A stretch of 52,642 nt of DNA from an uncultured Clostridia bacterium (lineage in GTDB: Bacteria > Bacillota > Clostridia > Christensenellales > UBA1242), in contig CALVNK010000001.1 of the NCBI GenBank assembly GCA_944349615.1, positions 1-52,642 of the forward strand, given 5' to 3'. Positions 1 to 7,957 of the stretch are shown here, piece after piece. Positions within the stretch are counted from its first letter, which is position 1; each line of letters starts with the position of its first letter. Below the pieces are notes generated by a model, which saw only the letters and a list, made by a program, of their open reading frames with translations, searched no databases and had not been told where the DNA came from. The position numbers and the translations under genes were made by a program.

Positions 1-1
1 T

Positions 2-679
2 TATCGTAGAATACTAATAGAATTAAGAAATTTAGGTTACAAAATCAATCACAAAACCGTGTTAAAACTAATGAAATATCTAAATATTCAAGGTAAACAA
101 AGAAAAAGTAGATACAAGTCCTACAAAGGCGAAGTTGGTAAAATTGCTCCCAATATTTTAAATAGAGATTTTGTAGCAAAAGCTCCATTTCGAAAGTTAA
201 CAACAGATGTAACAGAATTTGCTGTATGTGATGAAAAGGTTTATCTTTCTCCCATTTTAGATATATATAACAATGAGATAATTTCTTACTCAATTTCAAC
301 CAGTCCTAATTTTAATCAAACTAGAGAAATGTTAAATGGATTAATACATAAACTGCCAGCCAATGTTCAACCCATACTACACTCAGACCAAGGCTGGCAT
401 TTTACAAATTGGCAATATGTAAAATTACTTAAAGAAAATAACATACAACAAAGTATATAAAGCAAAGGAAGCTGTGTGGATAATGTGCCGATAGAATCAT
501 TTTTCTCAATATTAAAATCAGAATGTATATATCTAAAACAAAATTTACAAAAAAATGAAATACCAGAAGTTGTAAAAAACTTCATAATGTATTACAATAA
601 TGAAAGATTACAAGAAAAAATACAAGAACTTGCTCCTATGCAATTTAGGCAACAAATTCTTGCATCTCTCTCTTTTTAA
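2..679 (+). pseudogene. IS3-family transposase OrfB (DDE/rve core), truncated at the window edge and broken by an in-frame TAA at 458-460
   Basis: The frame is open from nt 2 (YRRILIELRNLGYKINHKTVLKLM...) and contains HSDQGW. After the in-frame stop the same frame continues SKGSCVDNVPIESFF...YYNNERLQ, the canonical IS3 OrfB C-terminus. The stop separates the last catalytic acidic residue (IESFF) from the first two. Confidence 0.75.
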
Positions 680-1025
680 TTTTTAGTCCGTTTTAACCCT
701 ACGGGTTAACCGCTGTGTTGTTTTTTTAAAATTTGTTAATAAATACTACTTTTGAACCAAATATACCGCTATATCTCAAAGAAAAGTCAACAAGAAATAT
801 AAAAATTTATGAAAAAGCATTTAAAATTATGGTCTAAATATGATATAATATATTTTAAATAGGGGTTCAAACATGTTAAAAGATGCTTTTAAATTTTATT
901 ACAAAGCAGTATACAAAATTAAAACCATTAGAAATAAACGATGAAACATTGACAAAGGACATTACAAAAAATAAAACTTATTAAATTACTTGTAAAATTT
1001 CGCTTGTTTTGCTAAAATCATTGCC

Positions 1026-1757
1026 ATGAAAGACTTGGAAAACATACATAGTGGACATAGATTAAGATTGACTCGCACTGTAGATAAATGCGGACTTGAA
1101 AATTTAAGTGATATACAAGCACTAGAGTTTGTATTATTTTATATTTTTCCACGCGGAGATGTAAATCCACTTTCACATAGGCTTTTAGATAAATATAAGA
1201 CGCTCGCAAATGTGCTTGAAGCGTCTGTCGATGATCTAAAACAGGTGAAGGGCATGGGTGAAATGAGTGCTATGAAACTGCATAGCATTTTATATATATT
1301 TGATATTTACATGGCACAAAAAGCTACTCAGTCATTAACTGTTGCATCGATTGGCGATATTTATGACTTAGTGGAGGCACTCTTGCGATTCAAAAGTGAA
1401 GAGCGTCTTGTCATAATCGGATTAAGCAAACGCAGTGAATTTCTAGGTTATGAGGTCATTGCAAAAGGAAGCTATGATAATATCATATTAGATCAACGTG
1501 ATATTTCTAATTTTTGCAATAAAACCAAGTCAAAAGCCGTTGTCATGGCTCACAACCACCCGCAAGGAAAAGCCATTCCCTCACAAACCGATACAGATAC
1601 TAACAGAGAATTGTTCCGTAAGTTTGAATTTGGCGGAGTTGAACTTCTAGATAATTTGATCATTGGCACAGACGGCATTTTTAGCATGAAAGACAACAAA
1701 CTAAAAAGATCGTTTAGTTTTGATGACAGACAGTTGATTTTCTCATTTAATCAGTAA
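1026..1757 (+). CDS. radC: RadC-like JAB/JAMM domain protein
   Basis: N-terminal HRLRL plus helix-hairpin-helix-like LKQVKGMGEMSAMKL. C-terminal JAMM motif AHNHPQGKAIPSQTD. Confidence 0.8.
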   Translation: MKDLENIHSGHRLRLTRTVDKCGLENLSDIQALEFVLFYIFPRGDVNPLSHRLLDKYKTLANVLEASVDDLKQVKGMGEMSAMKLHSILYIFDIYMAQKATQSLTVASIGDIYDLVEALLRFKSEERLVIIGLSKRSEFLGYEVIAKGSYDNIILDQRDISNFCNKTKSKAVVMAHNHPQGKAIPSQTDTDTNRELFRKFEFGGVELLDNLIIGTDGIFSMKDNKLKRSFSFDDRQLIFSFNQ

Positions 1758-1764
1758 GCAAAGG

Positions 1765-2577
1765 TTATTCACGATAGTTGTAATTATCTATATCTTTAAA
1801 ATAAATTTCTTCTTGACCTTCATTTAACGTTGGTCCGGTTAAGTATGCTGTTCCATTTTTTATTTTAACTTTTAGATTACCTCCCGGCATCAAAATATTG
1901 AAATCATTGCCCATTCCCTTTGAAAACAACGAAAAGGCAACGGCGGTGGCTCCAGTTCCGCAGGCTAGTGTTTCTCCGCAACCTCTTTCAAATACTCTAA
2001 CCTTTACATTATTATCTCTAATCTCGCAAAGAAATTCCACATTGATACCATTACCAGATTGTAAGAGTTGGTAAATTCGCTCCTTTTTTCTTAAAACTTG
2101 CTCGTTTGGATAAAAAACGGCGTGGCTATTCCCCACATTTACACAATCAAAAGGAAGGTTTTGTTGAAGAAAATCAAAATACTTATTTGACTCTTTTACC
2201 TTTCCTTTTCCAATTTCAGCACAACTTGAACAGATGTCACCATCTTTTCTTAGTATGTCTACTTGCTTTATCCCGCTCAATGTGTCTATTTTGTAGGATT
2301 GTTTATGTGGATTTTTGCTATTTAAATATTGTGCAACACATCTCACGCCATTTCCGCACATCTTGGCAATACTGCCATCAGAATTAATAATATTCATAAA
2401 TACATCAGCGCCCTTACTCTTTTCGAGAAAAAGTATACCATCTGGGTTATATCTACTGTTTTCGCAGATAGCCTGAGCTGATTTTACAACATTTTCTTTA
2501 AATGAGTCTTGATCACGATCCAAACCATCGATTAAAATAAATCGATTTCCACATCCACTATATTTAAAACCTTTCAT
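1765..2577 (-). CDS. dapF: diaminopimelate epimerase
   Basis: GCGNRFILID start. Both catalytic-Cys motifs are present: MCGNGVRCVA and ACGTGATAVA. Confidence 0.85.
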   Translation of the reverse strand: MKGFKYSGCGNRFILIDGLDRDQDSFKENVVKSAQAICENSRYNPDGILFLEKSKGADVFMNIINSDGSIAKMCGNGVRCVAQYLNSKNPHKQSYKIDTLSGIKQVDILRKDGDICSSCAEIGKGKVKESNKYFDFLQQNLPFDCVNVGNSHAVFYPNEQVLRKKERIYQLLQSGNGINVEFLCEIRDNNVKVRVFERGCGETLACGTGATAVAFSLFSKGMGNDFNILMPGGNLKVKIKNGTAYLTGPTLNEGQEEIYFKDIDNYNYRE

Positions 2578-2706
2578 AATTATCTCCCTAATTATTTATG
2601 GATTTTTATAAGTATTTGTTACTATTTTAAAAAAAGTAATCATAATTTAATTTTATAGTGTCTATCGACTTAAAAGTTATCAAATATATTGTAGGAGAAT
2701 TTACAA

Positions 2707-3585
2707 TTGAAAACTAGAATTGAAATTTGTAAAATCTGTGGCTTATGCTATGGTGCTCAAAGGGCACTGGATTTGACAATAGAACAGGCCAAGAATAGGA
2801 AGAATGTGGTATTGTTTAAGCAATTATTGCACAATAAATATACTGTTGATAAATTACTCAGTTTAGGGGTTTCGCAAAAAGACAAATTGGAAGATATTAC
2901 AAACAAAGATTTTGTTATTTTAAGAGCTCATGGAGAAGAAAAATCAACATATAACTATCTTAAAAGTCATCAAATTAATTTTTTAGATTGCACATGTCCT
3001 AATGTTTTAAATATTATTAAGCATGTTTATATCAAAAATGCGGAAGGATATAAAATATTAATTATAGGAAAATATGGCAAAGAAAGTGGACAAATGCATC
3101 CTGAAGTAAAGGCTATTGCTGGATGGTGTGAAAATCCTATTTTGATTGAAGATGCAGATGATATCAACAAAATAACAAGTGACAATAAAAAATACTTTTT
3201 AGTAATTCAAACAACTTTTCCACAAGAAAAATCTAAAATAATAATCAATGAAATAAAGTTAAAATTAACTAAATTAAAAAAGACTTTTGATATGGTTGAC
3301 ACCACATGTCAAGCACAATTAATGATTAAAAAGCAATCGCTTGAATTAGCAAAAAAAGTAGATATCATGCTAGTCATAGGTGGAAGTAATTCAAGTAATA
3401 CAAGAGAATTGTATTATCTTCTAAAAAAAGTTTGTCCTACTTTTTTTGTTGAAACAAAGGAGGATATATATAATCTAATTAAACAAAAAAAGGTCATATC
3501 TGGACAATATATAGGTTTGACGGCTGGTGCGTCAACAACTAAAGAAGAGATCATAAATATAAAAAAAATTTTAGACGCATTGTAA
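2707..3585 (+). CDS. ispH: 4-hydroxy-3-methylbut-2-enyl diphosphate reductase
   Basis: Three cluster cysteines in the typical contexts (CGLCYGAQRAL, CTCPNV, TTCQAQ) and GGSNSSNT. TTG start with AGGAG 9 nt upstream. Confidence 0.85.
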   Translation: MKTRIEICKICGLCYGAQRALDLTIEQAKNRKNVVLFKQLLHNKYTVDKLLSLGVSQKDKLEDITNKDFVILRAHGEEKSTYNYLKSHQINFLDCTCPNVLNIIKHVYIKNAEGYKILIIGKYGKESGQMHPEVKAIAGWCENPILIEDADDINKITSDNKKYFLVIQTTFPQEKSKIIINEIKLKLTKLKKTFDMVDTTCQAQLMIKKQSLELAKKVDIMLVIGGSNSSNTRELYYLLKKVCPTFFVETKEDIYNLIKQKKVISGQYIGLTAGASTTKEEIINIKKILDAL

Positions 3586-3685
3586 AGATTAAAATAATTA
3601 AATTGACAAATGATAGAAAAAGTTTTAATATTATAAAAATAAGAAAATTAAACACAATAAGATAAGGTTGAAAAAGGGGTGAAAA

Positions 3686-4366
3686 ATGGGGTTACGACGT
3701 GCTATATCAAATTTTTATAATAATTTTGGCGAAGAGCCACAATATGATGAAGATTATGATGAAGAAGATTACGAAGATGAAGAAGATTATGATGAGGAAG
3801 GCGCCGAAAGCGATGGCGAGATTGAAGACGAAGCAGATGATGAAAGCAACTTTGGCGATGATATCGGCGATGGCTATGGTGAAGATACAATAGATCCTTT
3901 AGATGAACAAGAAAGAGCGGAAACGAAAGAATCAAACAAAGCACAGACTAGTCCTAGATCAGTAAAAAAACAATCAAAATCTAATAAATCATCTGAACTA
4001 CAAAAACTGATAAAGAAGATTCAAGGAAAGCGTAAAAACGTTATATTGAATCGTAGGGAGGTAGAGTTAGTCAAAAAAAATCTTCTCCCCCAAAAATTTA
4101 AAAAAAAATTAGGTATGCATACAAGTTTTAAATGTGCTAAATGTCATAGTCCTAGTATATATTGTAGTTCGTCAATGCTTAGAATGACTTCAAGAATTAT
4201 AATGCGTGGTTATGGTCTTTACTATAGTTATTATTATTGCATAAATCCTACATGTAGTTGGCGTATGCAACGATTTCCGCCATATATTCAGCGTGCCAAT
4301 GGTAACAGTTATGCTGGAGGAGTAAAATGCGTAATAGACTGGACTTCTCTATTGAATGATTTTTGA
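3686..4366 (+). CDS. hypothetical protein: extremely acidic D/E/Y-rich N-terminus, basic linker, Cys-rich C-terminus
   Basis: GGGGTG-type SD before the ATG. EDYDEEDYEDEEDYDEE... tract, then K-rich segment, then FKCAKCHS...CINPTCSW (possible zinc ribbon). No family recognised. Confidence 0.45.
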   Translation: MGLRRAISNFYNNFGEEPQYDEDYDEEDYEDEEDYDEEGAESDGEIEDEADDESNFGDDIGDGYGEDTIDPLDEQERAETKESNKAQTSPRSVKKQSKSNKSSELQKLIKKIQGKRKNVILNRREVELVKKNLLPQKFKKKLGMHTSFKCAKCHSPSIYCSSSMLRMTSRIIMRGYGLYYSYYYCINPTCSWRMQRFPPYIQRANGNSYAGGVKCVIDWTSLLNDF

Positions 4367-4426
4367 TTGTAATTTATCATTTTAATTGTGATTAACATTT
4401 CTTTATATCCTTATTAAAATTGTATC

Positions 4427-4455
4427 TTGACTTAAGGACTAAGGTAGTATATAAT
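4427..4455 (+). promoter_or_regulatory. sigma-70-type promoter for the AAA+ gene
   Basis: TTGACT (4427-4432), a 17-nt spacer, then TATAAT (4450-4455). Followed by an 8-bp inverted repeat TCTAATAT/ATATTAGA in the leader. Confidence 0.5.
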
Positions 4456-4539
4456 AATTATAACTACTTTAGTTTTTTTATCTAATATTAGTACACCGCA
4501 TATTAGATAATATGCTTGCTTAAGGGAGGAGGGGGATTT

Positions 4540-6168
4540 ATGTTTGATGTAAACAAACTTGCAAAACAATACTATTTGGTAAAATGGCCAGTGTCTTTTT
4601 TTCATGACACCAATGGCGAAAACAGGATAGATCAGGCAAAGGTCAATGCACTATTTAAAAATACTGGGGTGTATGCAAAACTTGGTTACAACTTTGATCA
4701 AGCTGAACAAGACAGTCCTATTAAAGAAAAATTTAGAAATGCATACACCGACATATTGAATTTAGCTGGAAGTGCAATTCAGGTTATTATCTTGCGTGAT
4801 CTTGACTATATTATGATGCACGCATCTATTTCAACCCTAGATCAATTTGTATGTGAATATATGATAAATAGAAGTTACATGGACGCAGTTCAATCTCTTT
4901 TTGGCGTTCCTGAAAACATAATTGACAAGGTATCCTTCAAAATTGCGAATTCACCTCTTACCGAAGGAAATTTGTTATATCTTGAGAATATCAAAAGTTA
5001 TCTATCCACATTTATTAAAGAAAATCAAAATAAACTCAAATATTATAGAGAATTTTGCTTTGAGGATTTAAAGTTTTTATCTTACAAGGGATATAGCTAT
5101 GAACTCGTTTCAAAGGGAATAAGTAGGATTGTAGAGAACTCTGCAAACGCATATGCAAAAATGCTTAAGAATGCAGAAGAAAAGGCGAAAAAGAAGGAAC
5201 AGGCAGCCCTTGAACAGCCAAAACCAAAAGATACGAAAAATGATCAACAGGATTCAGATTTATCAGCAAAATCGAAAGAGGAAAAAAAGGCAAATCAAGA
5301 GCCTAGAGTGATACTTTCTATTGATGAGGCAATCGCTAAAAACTTTGAAATGTTTGTTGGGCTTGATAAAGTTAAAGAGCAACTTAAGGCAAAGTACGCG
5401 CTCATCATGAAATATCCACACAAGACAGACCTAAATCTCAACTTTAGACTCGTAGGCAATCCAGGTGTTGGCAAGTCTACTATGGCTGAAGTGATGGGAA
5501 AAACCTTCTATGATAGTGGTTTGCTTGCAAAAGATACATTCAATGAGTATAACGGAGCAGACTTAAAAGCAAAGTTTACAGGACATACAACTGCAAAAGT
5601 TAAAGAAATTATAGATGATTCCATAGGCGGAACACTTCTTATTGACGAGGCTTATTCATTAAATCAAGAAGATGGCAGAGGTGACGCCTTTACTCAAGAC
5701 GCGACAAGCCAAATTGTAAAATCAGTTGAACAGCTTCTTAAAAGTCAGGCTAAAAATCCAGACCTTCGTACTTGTATAATCCTTGCTGGCTATGCTGACA
5801 AGATTGAAGCACTTATGAAAACAAACTCAGGTTTCAAGCGTAGATTTCCAAACCTTATAAGCCTTCCAGATTATACCGACAAACAGCTTCTTGACATTTT
5901 CTGCTTCCACATGAAAAAGGACGGACTCACCTTGTCAAAGACCGCTAAGAGCGAACTATTAAAATTGTTTAAAGAAGAACGCGAGAAAAAAGATTTCTCA
6001 AATGCAGGCTTTGCTATGAACCTTCTTCAGCTTACAGAAGAACAGCAAGCTGTGCGCACACTTGAAAGACTAAACGATTTTCTTATCAAGCCAGAAGATA
6101 TTCATAAAGCAAGCGAAGTGCTTATAGAACATGAAGAAGAACGCAGACTAATCGGCTTTGGAAATTAA
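4540..6168 (+). CDS. AAA+ ATPase, SpoVK/CbbX type, with an unrecognised about 290-aa N-terminal region
   Basis: Walker A GNPGVGKST, Walker B LLIDEAYSL, and the GFKRRF segment typical of the SpoVK/CbbX clade. ATG at 4540 is preceded by GGGAGGAGGGGG; the track ORF starts upstream at 4516. Confidence 0.7.
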   Translation: MFDVNKLAKQYYLVKWPVSFFHDTNGENRIDQAKVNALFKNTGVYAKLGYNFDQAEQDSPIKEKFRNAYTDILNLAGSAIQVIILRDLDYIMMHASISTLDQFVCEYMINRSYMDAVQSLFGVPENIIDKVSFKIANSPLTEGNLLYLENIKSYLSTFIKENQNKLKYYREFCFEDLKFLSYKGYSYELVSKGISRIVENSANAYAKMLKNAEEKAKKKEQAALEQPKPKDTKNDQQDSDLSAKSKEEKKANQEPRVILSIDEAIAKNFEMFVGLDKVKEQLKAKYALIMKYPHKTDLNLNFRLVGNPGVGKSTMAEVMGKTFYDSGLLAKDTFNEYNGADLKAKFTGHTTAKVKEIIDDSIGGTLLIDEAYSLNQEDGRGDAFTQDATSQIVKSVEQLLKSQAKNPDLRTCIILAGYADKIEALMKTNSGFKRRFPNLISLPDYTDKQLLDIFCFHMKKDGLTLSKTAKSELLKLFKEEREKKDFSNAGFAMNLLQLTEEQQAVRTLERLNDFLIKPEDIHKASEVLIEHEEERRLIGFGN

Positions 6169-6220
6169 ATATTAATTAATACAATATTTATTAATTAACG
6201 AATTAATATATAATAAAATG

Positions 6221-6247
6221 GCGAGGAAAAATATTTTCTCGCTTTTT
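6221..6247 (+). terminator. rho-independent terminator candidate
   Basis: GCGAGGAAAA-ATA-TTTTCTCGC stem (one bulge) followed by TTTTT. Confidence 0.5.
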
Positions 6248-6417
6248 AAAACGAAAAAATTATTGTTAAAATCAAATTTTCAATATTTTTAATAATTTTT
6301 AATATTTTTTTCTTAATTTTTTTATTTAATTAATTTTAATTTTTATTTAATTATTTTTTTAAATTTTATTTTGCTTTTAATTATCTTTTTATTATAATTA
6401 TCAAAAAAGGGAAAAAT

Positions 6418-6957
6418 ATGGAAGCATTATTTGAAAATACAACTTTTCTTAATAGAGATGATTTATATAAGTATCAAAAAAGTGAAGTCAAGAAATTTAT
6501 ATTGCTTGCAAGTGGACTACTGCTTTTAGTCACTGTTGGTATAAGCGTGCCACTTGCCTTGTTTGTGGAGATATATCTTGGTGCAATTATGCTTATCATT
6601 GGTGCGGTATGTTCTGTTGTGCTTCTTCCTTACATAATCAATGATGGCATCAAAAAACAGAATGCACAGTTATTTTCTCAATCCGACATTGCAATTGAGT
6701 TTGCTTTTTTTCAGGAGGAGTTTCAAGTCCAAGCAAAACAAAATGGAGATAGTGGAAAGAGGGCAAGTGAAAGTTATAACTATAGTCAAATAACAAAGGT
6801 TTCTCTTTACAATGTCTATATGTTTATCTATACATCTCCGCGCACAAGCCTTGTACTCGACAGACGCAACATGACTAAAGGGACGAGCGGAGAAGTCGCA
6901 AGTCTATTTAAAAGTCACGGAGTAAAAGTAATCGACAAAACAAAGGCTGTCAAATAG
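6418..6957 (+). CDS. membrane protein (YcxB-like topology: two TM helices plus a soluble C-terminal domain)
   Basis: Good SD (AAAGGGAAAAATATG). Two adjacent hydrophobic helices at aa 27-75. Family assignment is tentative. Confidence 0.45.
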   Translation: MEALFENTTFLNRDDLYKYQKSEVKKFILLASGLLLLVTVGISVPLALFVEIYLGAIMLIIGAVCSVVLLPYIINDGIKKQNAQLFSQSDIAIEFAFFQEEFQVQAKQNGDSGKRASESYNYSQITKVSLYNVYMFIYTSPRTSLVLDRRNMTKGTSGEVASLFKSHGVKVIDKTKAVK

Positions 6958-6976
6958 AGTGGCTTAGCCACTTTTT
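6958..6976 (+). terminator. rho-independent terminator
   Basis: AGTGGC-TTA-GCCACT followed by TTTT, immediately after the stop codon. Confidence 0.55.
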
Positions 6977-7127
6977 CGAGCGTGGGGTCTTCGCTTGTTT
7001 GTCTATAGATTGTTAATTTGTCGACGCATAAAGTCTGCTTTTAAAAGTAGGCTTTTTTTAAATAAAAGTTTTTGGACAAGTGTCATAAAAATAGATGCTA
7101 GGCTGTATATTAATTTAGGGGTGTAGT

Positions 7128-7904
7128 TTGGAAATACTCGTGCTTATCGTTTTAGGACTTGTGCAAGGCTTATGCGAATTTTTACCAATTTCATCAAGCG
7201 GACATTTGGTGCTTCTATCAAACCTTTTTGGCATTGAAGATTCGCTTTTTGTAAGCATAATTCTCCATGTTGCGACCCTTCTTTCAATCTGTGTTGTGCT
7301 TCGCAAAGAGATCTTTGCTTTAATTCGTCGTCCATTTTCAAGCGAAAGCATGAATATCTATATCGCAACAATTCCAACTTGCCTTTTTGCACTTATCTTT
7401 ATGTCACTTATAAACTCATCTTTTGAAGGAAGTTTTTTGCCATTCGCATTTTTGATAAGTGCGGTCGTGCTTTTCGCAGGCGAGAAACTTGCAAAAAAAG
7501 ATAAATATCCGTGGCAAAGTAAGGAGAGAACTATAGACTCTAAAAAGGCCTTTCTTATTGGCGTAAGTCAAGGTATAGCCATCTTTCCCGGGATATCTAG
7601 ATCAGGCATGACAATTTCAACAGGACTTATGCTTGGCGCTGACAAAAGTGAAGTTGCAAAATTTTCATTTTTGCTTTCTGTGCCTGTGATATTACTTTCA
7701 CTTGTGATGGAAATTTCAAAAATGGTGCTTTTTGACTATTCAATCTCTGTCAGTGCAATAGGCATTTCTCTATCATTTGCTGTCGCATTTTTAGTCGGCA
7801 TTCTTTCAATCAAAGCAATGCTCTCGCTTACTCAAAAAGCAAAATTCAAATACTTTAGTCTTTATCTTATTATCATGGCAGTTATTGCCTTCTTTGTGAT
7901 ATGA
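7128..7904 (+). CDS. uppP: undecaprenyl-diphosphate phosphatase
   Basis: LPISSSGHL motif, GISRSG motif, polytopic membrane protein of the right length. TTG start after AGGGG. Confidence 0.85.
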   Translation: MEILVLIVLGLVQGLCEFLPISSSGHLVLLSNLFGIEDSLFVSIILHVATLLSICVVLRKEIFALIRRPFSSESMNIYIATIPTCLFALIFMSLINSSFEGSFLPFAFLISAVVLFAGEKLAKKDKYPWQSKERTIDSKKAFLIGVSQGIAIFPGISRSGMTISTGLMLGADKSEVAKFSFLLSVPVILLSLVMEISKMVLFDYSISVSAIGISLSFAVAFLVGILSIKAMLSLTQKAKFKYFSLYLIIMAVIAFFVI

Positions 7905-7957
7905 CTATAAATTTTGATTGATTTTTAAAACTTTACTTAAATTATAAAAAACACTTT

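Noticed and set aside
873-944. 23-aa ORF (MLKDAFKFYYKAVYKIKTIRNKR) with AGGGG upstream.
   Set aside because: Too short and compositionally ordinary for AT-rich DNA. There is no independent support.
6250-6417. Apparent tandem repeats (TTAATTTTT variants) upstream of 6418.
   Set aside because: Low-complexity AT-only sequence without a consistent unit length. Compositional rather than a true repeat.
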